Assembly: GCA_030390025.1 (NCBI GenBank) | Contig: CM059449.1 | Location: 15,128,001 to 15,192,000, forward strand | Direction: 5' to 3' | DNA length: 64,000 nt | From: Squalus acanthias | Lineage: Eukaryota | Part shown: one piece after another, positions 24,606 to 37,827 of the stretch | Position numbering within the stretch: the stretch's first letter is position 1 | Layout of the letters: each line of letters opens with the position of its first letter | Position numbers and translations under genes: made by a program | Notes under the pieces: model-generated | Databases searched by the model: none | Seen by the model: the letters and a program-made list of their open reading frames with translations, nothing else | What the model was told of the DNA's origin: nothing

Positions 24606-26099
24606 CTATAAAGCATAGAAAAAAGAAAAAAGAAAGTCTTGCATTTATATACTGCCTTTCACCACCTCAGGACGTCTGAAAGCGCTTCACATCCAATCAA
24701 GTACTTTTTGAAGTGTAATCGCTGTTGTAATGTAGGAAACGCGGCAGCCAATTTGCGCACAGCAAGCTCCCACAAACAGCAATGTGATAATGGCCAGATA
24801 ATCTGTTTCAGTGATGTTGGCCAGGACACCGGGGAGAAGCGCCAAGGGATCTTTTACGTCCAGCTGAGAGAGCAGACGGGGCCTCGGTCTGCTGTCTCAT
24901 CTAAAAGACGGCATCGCTGACAGTACTGCACTGGGAGTGTCAGTCTAGATTTTTGTGCTCAAGTCTCTGGAAAGGGACTTGAAACCCACAACCTTCAATG
25001 ATTTCAGAGGCGATGGTGCTATCAACAGAGCCACGGAAAATGACCCTGCATAATTTAATTTACTTGAACAGTGTATACAATACAATACAACATATTGTGC
25101 CTTAGAAATAGCGCTGTAATGCTCTGTGGTATAATGCTATAGGATACAACATAACATGGTAGGAAACAGGAGAACGCAATGAAATAAAGTATACAGTAGG
25201 ATGTACTGTATTGCACAACAATAAAACGATGCAATTAGTATGGTCCAACATATAATACGCGACCACGCATATATAAAACAGCCTAAGGTTTTTCTGTGCG
25301 ATATAGACGGTGTTCATATCAGATTCCTAGGCCCACTATTTAAACTGTTTACTTTAAACTAATGGGAAAAGCAATTTGATATGAGCGCGCCAAGCACTCG
25401 TACGAGAATAGGGTGATGTCCAGTCTAATCTACTATAATATATGATATATAATACAGCATAACATTGAAACGTACTTTCAAATATCATGTAATAATTAAT
25501 CACAGAAAAAATCAGCGTGTAGTAAGAAATTAAAAAAAAATTATATTAGCCATAAACCTTAACACTTCAAATTGAATTTGTGGCCAAGACGTCTAATATG
25601 TGTCACTCAATAGCCGTTCTGGAAGCAAGAGTTATTGAATCATAGAGTCATACTGCACAGAAGGAGGTCATTCGGCCCAATCTGCATGTGCCGGCTCGCT
25701 GAAAGAGCTACTATTTAGTCCCACTCCCCCCTGCTCTTTCCCCATAGTCCTGAAACATTTCCCTTTTTAAGTATTTATCCAATTCCCTTTTGAAAGGTAT
25801 TACTGAATGTGCTTCCACCACCCTTTCAGGCAGTGTATTCCAGATCACAACAACTCACTGAGTAAATAAAAATTATCCTCATCTCCCCTTGGCGTTTTAT
25901 TGCCAGTATCTTAAATCTGTGTCCTCTGGTTACCGACAGAATTATCAGACAGATCAATACTGAACTCCTGCTCAACGGATTATACCTGATAGATAAGAAA
26001 ATTAACCAGATTATCAATTTAAAAAAATTAAATCGAAAGATTAAGCGTTCGGAGTTTATTAAAAGTGACAGGTTGTTCACGTTTCTTTCTGTCACCCAC

Positions 26100-26134
26100 C
26101 TGTTTCATGGATCACTGCGTAGAGCGGATCTGGA
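26100..26134 (-). CDS. NCR3-like: A1 cytoplasmic exon 2 (tyrosine motif PLYAVI)
   Basis: cttcag| ... |gtgggt; 35 nt, phase 2->1; encodes SPDPLYAVIHET. Confidence 0.78.
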
Positions 26135-26244
26135 CTGAAGCAAAAGAGGACATCAGAAAATTTAGGTATCCAAAACAATAAAATACATTAAAGAACAAGA
26201 AAGTGGCTTTCTTTTAAAAAAAGTAGATCTATGTAAACAGTTAC

Positions 26245-26266
26245 CTGGTGGGTTGCTGAAGAGCGA
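26245..26266 (-). CDS. NCR3-like: A1 cytoplasmic micro-exon 1
   Basis: ctcctcacag| ... |gtaact; 22 nt, phase 1->2; encodes VALQQPT. Confidence 0.75.
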
Positions 26267-26577
26267 CTGTGAGGAGAGAAAGACAAAGACAGAAACATTA
26301 AAGAGCTGAAGTTATTGATTATATCTGCAAGATGCAACTGAAATAATTGGTATCGAATGAATTGAATCACATTTTGGGGGCAATTTTAACCAAACCCGCG
26401 GAGAAACGGACGGGATCGGGGGCAAGGTTTTGAAGTCAAATGAGAGCAATATTGGGCGGGTCTAAACCCGGCGTTCCACCCGATCCCCTGCGTTTCCCGC
26501 TCGATGAGTTCGGATCAAATTATCAGAGAATTTGCCAAACACATGGAACTCAGTAGAGGTACAATTAGTGCTGTTAC

Positions 26578-26709
26578 CTCTCTTACGATGCCGGCTGATA
26601 ATAACTATGACTATGATGATGATGATGATCAGGAGAGGCACCGCTACCGCTGCATAGACGAGTGGTGGGATCATTGGTGCGGACTCGCCGTGGTTGCTTT
26701 CTCCACCAC
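26578..26709 (-). CDS. NCR3-like: A1 stalk/transmembrane exon (uncharged TM)
   Basis: acacag| ... |gtaaca; encodes SGGESNHGESAPMIPPLVYAAVAVPLLIIIIIIVIVIISRHRKR, a hydrophobic helix followed by a basic stop-transfer sequence. Confidence 0.88.
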
Positions 26710-28144
26710 CTGTGTGTAAATGTAAAGTTTATTTTGTGAGAAATAGTAGTGAAGAACAGGGCAATGGTCACATTGAGATTGAGGATCAGCAAATGGGACA
26801 CAAATTCCCAATCCCCTTTGACATGCGGGGCTATTTCACACTGGCATACATCAAACTAGGCCACCGATCAAAACGCAAAATGTCACCAGTGGACAACTGG
26901 AGATATTCCCATCCTGGAAGTAACACTGGGATAATTTTAATGTAGGGACGCTTAATGGGTTGGGGCCAGTTTCCTTTCTTTGAAATAGCGGGGGGTGACG
27001 GTGGGGTTCGTGTGAGTTCTGTTAACATAGGAACAGGAGGGGGCCATTCAGCCCCTCCAGCCTGTTCCACCATTCAATGAGATCATGGCTGATCTGCGAC
27101 CTAACTATATATAACCGCCTTTTGCCCCATATCTCTTAATACATTTGGTTAACAAAACTCTATCAATCTCCGATTTAAAATTAAAAATTGATCTAGCATC
27201 AGTTGTCGTTTGCGGAAGAGAGTTCCAAACTTTTACCACCCTTTGTGTGTGTAGAAGTGTTTCCTAATTTCACTCCTGAAAGGTTTAGCTCTAATTTTTA
27301 GACCCTGGAGATCCAATAGGTCCAGAGCACGAACGAGAAAATGTTCCCCTCGTATTTACGAGATGCTTAAGACAAATCGAACATCTGGAAATTAGAAGTG
27401 CCGAAACTGGGTGATCAACGTGGTTTTTCCGCGGACCCATCTTTGCATTTTGTTGGTGCGCAATGTTGTAATTTCTATTTACACACACAACTATATCCGT
27501 CACTACCTCCATTTACAGGATGACAGTGAAATCTAACTTATAATACATGTGTTGTCTGGTTTATTCCCAATATTGGTAAGCGGTGATTTCAAGGCTCACA
27601 TGTTGCTCTAATTACGGGGCTCCAGTCTTCGCCTCGCACACTGTAACTGGGTTGACTTCTTATCTATAGTCCTACCTAAAATTGTATACAGCAACTGGAT
27701 GTCATTAATATCCCCTCCATTTACTTATTTTAAAAGATCATTCTCGGGATACGGGCGACGCTGGCGAGGCGGGCATGTTATTGCCCGTCTATGGTTGACC
27801 CCTTGAGAAGGTGCTGGTGGGCCGCCTTCTTCTTGAACTGCTGCAGTCAGGTGTGGTGAAGGTTCTCCCGCAGTGCTGTAAGGGAGGCAGTTCCAGGATT
27901 TTGGAAGGAACAGCGACACAAGTCCAAGTCAGGATGGTGTGTGACTTGGCGGGGGACTTGGAGGTGATTGTGTTCCCCTGCGACTCCTGCCCTTGACCTT
28001 CTTGGTTCTGCAGTTCGTGGGTTTGGGAGTTCCAATTGATCTGATGGAGAATTTACCTATACGGCCAATATTAACCCGAAGTAAAATCCCATATGATTGC
28101 GTGCAATTTCATTGGAAAGAATATCTCCACCAATCCAAACTTAC

Positions 28145-28495
28145 TGTGTTGACGCCGTTCCACGGTCACTGTTGTCCCGGGTCCGTCTGCTGCAGCGAAT
28201 CCCACGAGCTGCACTTTGCAGAAATAGAACCCGGTGTCTTCCGGTTTCAGCTGGATTATTCTAATGGACGCGTTTTTCCTCTGGCTGAAATCCTCTGTAC
28301 TTGCCCCGAACACCCTGCCTCTGTATTCCGCTGTATTGTTGGAAACTTCATTTCCCTGTTTGGTGCCTCGGTGCCACGTGTAACTGCCGATTCCTGTGGG
28401 ACCCTCATATCTACAGAGCAGGTCCGCTGTCTGGCCCGCGGTTTTGGTGAGTGATTGCGGGCTCTGAATTACGGTGATGTTTCCAACAGTAACTG
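28145..28495 (-). CDS. NCR3-like: A1 VJ-type Ig V-domain exon
   Basis: ttgcag| ... |gtaagt; encodes AVTVGNITVIQSPQSLTKTAGQTADLLC..W..EYRGRVFGASTEDFSQRKNASIRIIQLKPEDTGFYFCKVQLVGFAAADGPGTTVTVERRQH; intact frame. Confidence 0.92.
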
Positions 28496-28698
28496 CTGCA
28501 AGTGGGTAAAACAGACCATTTATACATATACAGGGCACTTCTTTGCTTTAAAGCAGGCCGTGGAAGGGCTGGTTTTAAGCAAATATTGTTTCGGAAGATT
28601 TTTGATAAGGTATTCCTGATCTTTAACTTGAGGGAATAAAAACAGAAAACACTGGATACGCTCAGCAGGCCAGGCAGCATCTGTGGAGAGAGCAACAG

Positions 28699-28735
28699 AG
28701 TCAACGTTTCAGGTCGACGACTTTTCGTCAGAACT
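28699..28735 (-). ncRNA. Minimal hammerhead motif (weakened stem II) in A1 intron 1, sense orientation
   Basis: AGUU-CUGACGA-AAAGUCGUCGACCU-GAAA-CGUU-GACU. Confidence 0.5.
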
Positions 28736-30779
28736 GTAAAAAGTTGGAGGTGTACCAGGTCTTAAGCAAGTGTCGGGGCAGGGAAAAGGGGGGAGGGGAG
28801 GAAAGAACAAAGGGAAGGTCTGTGATAGAGTGGAAGGCAGGAGTGATTAAATGACAAAAGGGATGATGGTACAAGTAAAAAGGAGATGGTAATGGGACAA
28901 GTAAAGGAACAAAAGATGGGTCTAGAAGAGGTTTAAATGTTTAACTTGAGGGATATTGGTGCTGGAGCTGGAGCGCCTTTGGTTTTTGGGCGCACTCCTC
29001 GGTCAAGTATAAAATGGATCTGGTACAAAGTACCTCTGTCCCGTTCCAAATAATAAGCATTCACTTTAATTTCAGTTCTCCCGATATGCTTTCTGTGTTG
29101 CCCCCGATCTCATTAACACTTTGAGCGAGGGTGTGAAATGGGCAATCTCGAAGCCCGATGTTCTCTTCCATTTGGGGGTCATTTTAACTTTGGGTACTAA
29201 ATGGGCGAGGTCGGGTCGGCTGCCTGAAATTACAACGGGCGGATGATCCGATGTCCCCCGTTTCACACGGTCGCAAACATTCAAAATCACCTCCTGGAAG
29301 TGAGGAGAAGTTAAGTCTTATCAGTCTGATCAGATTGGAAGTCAGATAATTGCTAAACCCCAGCGACCTTCTCACTATTAATCAGCGGTGACTGGAGAAT
29401 ATGGAAAATACAAACAGAATATTAATAGTCAAAATAATGAAACCGGCTAAATGTTACATGTAGCGACATTACAAATTGGATGAATGGTTTCCTACTTTGG
29501 GTATATCTTGTACAATCGCCAATACCTCTTTAAAAATTGTTTACGGATCAGAGAAAATAGCCAATTATTTTGCGACCTCGTTGCACGCAGCAAGCAGCGC
29601 AACTCTTGCCCTGTGTTGATAACTAGAGAAAGGTTGTATCCAGTTAAATTACTATAAATAATAGGAATTGAACAAAAAAAAGTCATTCCCCCTGGAAACG
29701 GGTCTTTACTGGAACACAGCCAGCACTGCAAATATTCACTGTTGTGGATAGAGAATATTGGCATTTTTGGTAGATGTAATATCATAGAATCATAGAATAG
29801 TACAGCAGAGAAGGAAGCCTTTCGGCCCATCGAGCCTGTGCCGGCTCTTTCCAAGAGCAATCCAGTTAGTCCCACTCCCCCGCTCTTTCCCTCTATCCCT
29901 GCAATATTTTTCATCATCAAGTATTTGTCCAATTCCCTTTTGAAGGCTACTATTGAATCTGTATGCACCACCCTATCAGGCAGAGTACTAGGGCAATCTG
30001 TACTTCAGGGAGCAACATACATTGTGCTCTCCTGGACCAGATACAATAAACCTCTTTACCCGAGAGCTGATCCGTCTCTCACGTTTAGCTCTCTCTATCT
30101 CTCTCTGTCTTCCTCAGTCTCTCTTTCTCTCTCACACACACACGCACGATTGGAACCCATTTCTCTCTCTCTCTCTTTTCCTATTCCTATCAATCACTTC
30201 TTGATTTAACCCGTCTACCCTCCCACTATTTCCAACCTTGATGCTGTCATACGCCATGGGCCATGGGCCCTTCACTTAAATGCCTCAATTCAAAATAAGC
30301 AACCTCGAAAGCGTTAGCTTCTCTGTGGCGAGTCCTGGTTAACTGCGAGATTGATTATATTACCAGGACATTAATCATTACCACGGCGCTGAGATATTAA
30401 TATGGTTAATCTCGCGTCTATAAGAACGTCCGCACGAACCTGATGTTATTTAAATTGCAGGCGAGCTGGTCATGAATATAAAATGGGTTAAATCCACAAT
30501 TTGGTGCTGTGATCAGCAAATATGGGATATCGGAATAAGATTTAACCAGATACACATATAAGTAAGAAAAAAATAGATGGGAGGACATCGCTATGGGTAT
30601 TTAATATCTAATAAAGACATAGAATATTTCATTAAAGTCATAAGAAAATTATGGAAATTAAAATCAGTCCGTTTCAATAACCGGCGGCCGCTCCGCAACG
30701 CCAGCTTTACGCCCAGGCGGCAAGTTGAAAATCTACCCCATATTCTTGAATGGACCTGATGTGTCAGAAATAAGCTTAC

Positions 30780-30822
30780 CGGAGAACATAGCGAATGCCC
30801 AGGTAACTGCAGCCCAATTCAT
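30780..30822 (-). CDS. NCR3-like: A1 leader exon
   Basis: ATGAATTGG...TCCG|gtaagc; encodes MNWAAVTWAFAMFS, phase 1; total A1 CDS is 732 nt (243 aa). Confidence 0.8.
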
Positions 30823-31015
30823 TCTCCCTCTCGGCGGCGATATCATTTCAGAAAAGAAATTCAGGTAGTGTACAGACAGGAATATTTAAGTAATGCAGTG
30901 GGAGAGTGAACCTGAGTCAGAGTCCGGATGTGAGGGAATGGAAAAAAAATGAATTGCAAGCTGTTTATACAACCGCAGTTATCTCTCTCGCACATGGTTC
31001 TGTCTCTCTCTCTCG

Positions 31016-31048
<33 letters not shown>

Positions 31049-32639
31049 TCGCATTCTCTCTCAAGGACAGTTCGCAGCAGATACTCACACGCGGGGTAGA
31101 TTCTTGACTTCACCTGTAACCTGGGTACGTAACTGACCACGGGATAGGAGGGAGAGAGTCGTGGATGTTTTGTCACTGGTGAGAAGTATACAATGGGGTT
31201 CCCCAGTGATCGGTATTAGGATCATTGCTTTTCTTGTTACATAGAAAAGATCTGGACTTGGGATCTGGAATTGAGCACAATTTCGTAATTTGTGGATGAT
31301 GCAATACTTGGTAACATAGTAAATATTAAGAGGGATGGAAGCAGACTTCAGGAGGACAGAGCCTGATGAAATGGTCAGGCACATGTCAGGCGCAATTTAA
31401 TGTGGCTAAGTGTGAAGTGATGAACTTTGAGAGGAGCAACATGGAGAGGCACTGTGACCTAAATGGTGATATTTTGAGGGGGTGCAAGTGCAGAGAGACC
31501 TGGGTGTGCATATTCACAAATATCTGAAGGTGGCAGAGCAAGTTGACAAGGCGGGTAAGAATGCGTGTGGGATTCCTGGCTTTGTCAATAGGGGCATTGA
31601 ATGCAAAAACAAGGAAGTGAAGCTAAGCCTTTACTAATCACTTGTTAGGCCTCAGCTGGTGTATTGTGTACAATTCTAGGCACCAAACTTTAGGAAGAAT
31701 GTCAAGGCCCTGGAGAGGCGGCACAGAACAGTTGGGGCGAATGACCTGTTTCTGTGCTGTTAATTACATCTCATTCTCTGCCCAAACATCGCACCATTAG
31801 CCTGCTCGCCTTGTACTAACAATCTGTAGCAGTTGCCAGATAATAATTTGCCGTTCGTACCATTAGCTCTCATTATACTATCTGGTCTACACCATTGCCC
31901 TCATCATTGGTGTCAAGACTGCACATCTGATGGACAAATCTAGGCCCACAGGGCGAGGAGCTCCTGGATTCAATATACCGTTGACGAGATTGTTGGAGAC
32001 CAGGAAAACAAGAGTTTGTAGGAATGCTGTCTTTAAACGTATGTCTCCTTGAGCCTGTTGGCAAAGAGAGCATATATGTGTTTATAGTACCGAGACACCT
32101 TGGTGAAGGACCAAGTCTCATCGTGGAGAGCATCCGCCAATGATCAAAGCAATCGGATGGGAATATTAAGGCCTCCAATGCCTATGATTTCGAAGGAGAC
32201 TGGCTAAGTTCATGGAAAGGAAGGTTTTAAAGGCACGGGGCGGGATCGTCAGGAGAATAGGGTAAGAGTAGATAGCTCCTGTGCAAGAGCTATAGTGGGT
32301 GCATGCCCGATGGGGCGAATGACCTCCTATGCTGCAATTTCTATGATTCAGAGATCAAACAGAGCGTCCACATCCTATGAACAAATCAAAAAAAATCAAA
32401 CAATCTCTAACATGTGCAGAGGCTGCTTGTTGCTCGGCAGAACCCAGCTCTACAGCTGCAGCAGAACTCGGCGTTCACAATTTCTCACCGTTCCACAAAG
32501 GATTGAGTCTGAAACAAGGTCGTGTGAGAGCATTTAATGGTGAAACTATAGTTAGCCAAAAGACGCTAGGCAGAGTAAACAGTGTGAGAGCGAAGGTCAG
32601 ACTCCGGTAAAGGGACAAAGTTGTGTATTATGCTTCCGA

Positions 32640-33130
32640 AAATGAAATCAATCAACTCAATAATTCTCCATCGTTCAGGCAGCTTTGAATCGGCGATCAA
32701 TGAAATAATCCTCAAGAAGTAAATCTACTTCGGTCTATCGATTCATCTGTCTATCTACCTATGAATTAGCTAACGAATAAGTGAATAAATCAATCGGCCA
32801 TTCAATCGAGAGATTTGCATTTAATCAAAAAGTCGAATAATCTATCGATCAGTCCACTGATCAGTAAATCAAGCAATGGCTCCTCAAACAATCGGAGAAA
32901 CGCCAATCGTCATTTGGCCAATCGGCTGATCGATTAACAGTGAATTAATCAATTGGTTTCAGTCAATGAATCAATCTTCCACTTATTCAAAAGATGAACC
33001 GTTAATTAATCCTAAATCAATCAAACAATTTTCAATCAATTCTCAGATGCTCCGACCTTCAGTCTACTAATCAATCCTCAATCGGTCAGTCAATCAATCC
33101 ACTAATAAGTCAATTAGTGAATTAGTGAGC
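32640..33130. repeat. Degenerate (AATC)n low-complexity tract
   Basis: Recurrent aatcaatc/tcaatc units. Confidence 0.6.
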
Positions 33131-33427
33131 CGGCAAATACCTCAGTCAGTGAATGATTGAAACCACTGTTGTGAGCATTAGATCGTGGATCGGGAGGGGC
33201 GATGCTGTGCGTGTCACAGTCTGAGACAGGACAATTAACCACCCAGGAGTTGGTCAGTGTCCCAGTATTAAAACCACCATTACATTGTTGCCAATAATTA
33301 CCCCACAGCATTACTACTTTGGAGTATTAACTGTATAGTTTACATGAAAATTCTTGTGAATAATTAATTGAAAACTCCACCACACTGTAGCCTACCCGCG
33401 TTTTCTCGTTTAGGAAGAAAAGAAGGA

Positions 33428-33870
33428 GTTGCATTTATATAGCGCCTTTCATCTCCTCAGGACGTCCCAAAGCGCTTTACGGCCAATGAAGTACGTTTTG
33501 GAGTGTAGTCACTGTTGTAATGTAGGAAACGCGGCAGCTAAATTTGTGCAGAGCAAGCTCCCACAAACAGCAATGTGATCATCTGTTTTTTAGTGATGTT
33601 GATTGAGGGATAAATTTTGGCTCAGGACACGGAGAGAACTCCCCCTGCTCTTCTTCGAAATAGCGCCATGGGATCTTTTACATCCACCTGAGAGAGCAGA
33701 CAGGGCCTCGGTTTAACGTATCATTCGAAAGAAGGCACATCCGACAGTGCAGCGCTCCATCAGTATTGCCACTGGAGTGTCAGCCTAGATTTTTGTGCTC
33801 AAGTCTCTGGAGTGAGACTTGAACCCACGACCTTCAGAGACTCGGGTGCTACGCACTGAGCCACAGCTGA
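33428..33870 (-). mobile_element. Deu-domain SINE (SacSINE1/AmnSINE-like); copies at ~24636-25035, ~47234-47690 and ~60252-60710
   Basis: Characteristic core gggcctcggtttaacg..tccgacagtgcagc..gtgtcagcctagattt..gtgctcaagtctctggag; family name recalled from memory, not searched. Confidence 0.65.
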
Positions 33871-34544
33871 ATCCTAAACGGGTCCTGTTCCTTAAATTTA
33901 CTTCACACGCACATAGTCCGAGTTGCCTTTTCAGTTTAACTAAGTGAGTTTTCCTTTCCCGATCGTTGCTTTCTTTGAAGAATTTTTCACGTTGCGTGTA
34001 CACACATATAGTTATATACATAACTCTAACTGCAACAGCAGTGCTGGGCTGACTGGGCGTGTATGAGCGCACGTGTGTGAGAGAAAGATCTGTACAGATT
34101 GTGTACGTGCGAATCAGAAGGATAGTAAGGGCTTTCTGCACAGAGTATCTGACAGCTTGTCAGGGTCTGCAGCGACCTGCGAGCTATTGAGGTTCGTGGC
34201 CCTGGTGTCAGTCAACACGTAGACTCGGCTCTGCGGCCAGCTCGGTGCCTGGACTGAAGCTGTGCCGGCGCCGAGCGCTTCGCTCCACAGTCCAACCTGT
34301 TAACCTCAGCGAGTATTTTGAAAACTCGCAGATGAAGTTCTACATATATTCTGGCGAGATAGACAACTGACGGAAATTTGTTCATCGCTGAACGCTACAG
34401 ATCGTGAGGTGTGAACTGTGGGTGGGTAACTGCCAAGAATCATCTCGCAAATATTTCCACTGCTTTAGTGTGAGGCCCCTTTTGCCTTAAAGCAAAACTA
34501 GAGGCCAATGATATATCAAATAGGGAATGCAGAAGAAACTTCTC

Positions 34545-35135
34545 ATAGAATCATAGAATGGTTACAGCACAGAAGGAGGCCATTTGGACCGTCGAGCCCG
34601 TGCCGTCTCTCTGCAAGAGCACTTCAGCTAGTATCACTCCCCGCCCTTTCCCCGTAGCCCCGCCATTTTTTTCCCTTCAGGTACTTATTCAATTCGCTTT
34701 TGAAAGCGACGATTGAATCTGCCTCCACCACCCTTTCAGGCAGTGCATTCCAGATTCTAATCAGTCGCTGAGTAAAAAAAGTTTTTACTGATGTCGCCTT
34801 TGGTTCTTCTGCCAAACACCTTAAATCTGTGTCCTGTGGTTCTCGACCCTTCCGCCAATGGGAACAGTTTCTCTCTATCTACTCTGTCTAGAACCCTCAT
34901 GATTTTGAACACCTCTATCAAATCTCCTCTCAATCTTCTCTGCTCCAAGGAGAACAACCCCAGCTTCTTCAGTCTATCAACGTAACTGAAGTTCCTCATC
35001 GCTGGAACCATTCTTGTAAATATTTTCTGCACCCTCTCTAAAGCCTTTACATTCTTCCTCTGTTACCGTGCCCAGAATTGGCCACAATACTTCAGTTGTG
35101 GCTGAACTAGTGTTTTATAAAGGTTCATCATAACT
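34545..35135 (-). mobile_element. CR1 LINE 3' fragment
   Basis: ORFs 34624-34815 and 34757-35032. Confidence 0.82.
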
Positions 35136-35431
35136 TCCGTTGATATGAAAAGGTAAATCGGGTGGGGTTTTTTACGGGCTGCCGATCCACCACTGCCCGT
35201 TTTCCGCTCCCAAAGGAAGTTGAGCTTTGACACTGCTGTTCTGTTTCCAGGTGCTCTCCTCTATCTGTAACTACAGTGTTGATTTATCCCAGTTTAGGGT
35301 CTGGTAGTCCTACCGCAGCATTACAGTTTCTTGGGCCAGATAACTCCGAAAAGTACACGTTTAAAAAAAAAAGTTGGGCTAGAATAAGGAGCAAAAAGCA
35401 CTGATCATGTAGTTCCCGTCGAAAGGGCTCT

Positions 35432-35441
35432 GAAAGTGAAC
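35432..35441 (+). promoter_or_regulatory. ISRE/IRF-like motif upstream of the B leader (GAAAGTGAAC; GAAAGTGAAA at 12239-12248 in B1)
   Basis: Matches or nearly matches GAAANNGAAA about 530 bp upstream of the ATG; motif match only. Confidence 0.3.
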
Positions 35442-35965
35442 GGCATGCTGTTGGATTTACACAACTGGGCTCAGCACCATTCCGTGTCATGTGGCCAAAA
35501 CATGTTCATGTTTCAGACAATTGCCAGGCACTATTCATTTAAATCAAACCCGCGTACTATCACCGGTTCTCATTTACAAAATCTGAGCGCTCTAAATTCA
35601 TTCTAATAATTTTGTCATTGTTTGAACAGGTGCAAGATGAGTTTCAATCCCCCGGGTGCGTAAACACCCACTGAAATTAGTGAAGGATGAAACTGAACTG
35701 TGAGGCGTTATTCCTTTGTTTCAATGTACCGCTTGTGTAGTGTTAAAGTAGTGCTTCTTTCTTAAATGTTCTTAAAATATGACGTTTCCGACTACAACTG
35801 GAAAACGTGCTTAGTGAACAGAGTTCCTCTGTGTGGTGTTAAACCACCAAAGGGTTTCGTCATCTAATTCAGCGTCTGCTGTGGGATGTTCGTTACACTT
35901 AACAGCACTTTGGGACGCTGCAGGTCAGATGTTAGCTCGTGGTGTCCTGCGGAGCAAGATTCAAA

Positions 35966-36023
35966 ATGCAAACTATTCGCATGTGGATGTTCTTGAATTT
36001 ACTGACCATACTTTTGCATATCG
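35966..36023 (+). CDS. NCR3-like: B2 leader exon
   Basis: Encodes MQTIRMWMFLNLLTILLHI+G|gtgagc, phase 1, hydrophobic signal peptide; a second possible ATG is at 35981. Confidence 0.8.
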
Positions 36024-37827
36024 GTGAGCCGCTGTCTTCTGACGTTCAGATTTTAATTTTTTAAATTCGCTTATGGGATCTGGGCGTCGCTGGCAAGGCC
36101 AGCATTTATTGCCCATTCCTAGTTGCCCTTGCGAAGGTGTTGGTGAGCCGCCTTCTTGAACCGCTGCAGTTCGTGTGGTGAAGGTACTCCCACAGTGTGC
36201 TGTTAGGGAGTGGGTTCCAGGATTTTGACCCAGCGACGATGAAGGTTAGGCGATATAGTTCTAAGTCAGGATGGTGCGTGACTTGGAGGGGAACTGGGAG
36301 GTGGTGGTGTTCCCATGCACATGCTGCCCTTGACCTTCTAGGTGGAAGAGGTCGCGGGTTTGGGAGGTGCTGCCGAAGAATCCTTGGCGAGTTGCTGCAG
36401 AGCATCTTATAGATGGTACACACTGCAGCCACTGTATGCCGGTGGTGGAGGGAGTGAATGTTTAAGGTGATGGATGGGGTGCCAATCAAGCGGGCTGCTT
36501 TGTCTCGGATGGTGTCAAGCTTCTTGAGTGTTGTTGAAGCTGCACTCATCCAGGCAAGTGGGGAGTATTGCATCACACTCCTTACTTATGCCTTGTAGAT
36601 GGTGAAAATTCTATATTTATTAAGGTGTACGATTATTTGGTTCGGCAGGTTGTTTCGTTATGCACAACTAATATATAACGAAGTTACATTGTGTAAACAA
36701 ACTGTTTTATTTTATTATGCTGTGTTACTTTGCGTTCAACGGTCTAAGCATTTTATCTTTCGGGGAGCTTTATATATATATTATACACATTAACGTTCTC
36801 CTCCATGCAGATGCTGTGAATTTGCATTATACAAATAACATAATTAATAGGCCTACTAAAATGTACTGATGGAAATAAATTAACTCACGGACTCCTGACC
36901 GACTGTGTTACACATGGAATTATCTGACATTATACCTTCTACTCGACAATTCAACGTCTTTGCTTTCGACACAATTTATTCCATTAGCAAACGATTCATA
37001 TTCAAAACATTTCCAACGTTTTCATACTTACACTTGACGTAATATAAAGGACAGGTTTCCGTCTTAAATGATTAAAGATGACAGAAGTGAAATCTTCCCC
37101 CAGTAGGACGGTGAAATACAGCTGCGTTGGGAAGTGGTGATTATATTATGTCAATAGTTTTGCAAAGAAAACCAAGTGTGTGAAAATACAGCAGATCCGC
37201 CTTTATAAAGTGACAATTGCCTTTAATTTTTGCACCATAAAGGTTCTGAATGTACACAGCTGTTCAATCTGATTATGGACTGCAATTTCCCAAAGTTCCG
37301 TTGAGAAACTGGAAAAGGACCCAATGTAATGACAGCTGAATACCGGTTTGTAGCTCAATGATTGATGGATCAATCAGCATTTTAAATTCTTCATAATAGC
37401 TTGTAAATTGTGGCACACAAGAGATGATTGTGTCCAAAAAAAACCTGTCCCTGTTTGACAGATAAATGCTTCTTTCTCCAGAAACACACATGTTGTCTCT
37501 TGAATCTATTTGTACTGCCCACTCCCACGGCCGTCTCCAGTAACTTGTTCCACAAATCTCTTACTCTATAGGCGAACAGTTTCCGCCTAACTTCCCTTCT
37601 TACAGCTAACTAGTTAACGTCTAAAGTGTGACCCTTGGAAATTAGATCCTTCCCCACAGTGAGCGATCTATCTGGGCTCAATTCATAATAATTGTACAAC
37701 GCTAATTGACAGGTTGCGGTATGTCCTGTACGGATACATTGATCCTAATTTAATCTAACAAAAAAAGACACCCAGTAACATCAATTAGTGATAGTGGAAG
37801 ATACTTTAATTTGAGCTTCGCCCCTCA

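Larger units (their letters stand above)
9975..28200. repeat. Segmental duplication cassette copy 1 (B->/<-A)
   Basis: Collinear high identity to 35141-48897 (left part) and to 53511-64000 (from 18341 onward); boundaries approximate. Confidence 0.85.
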
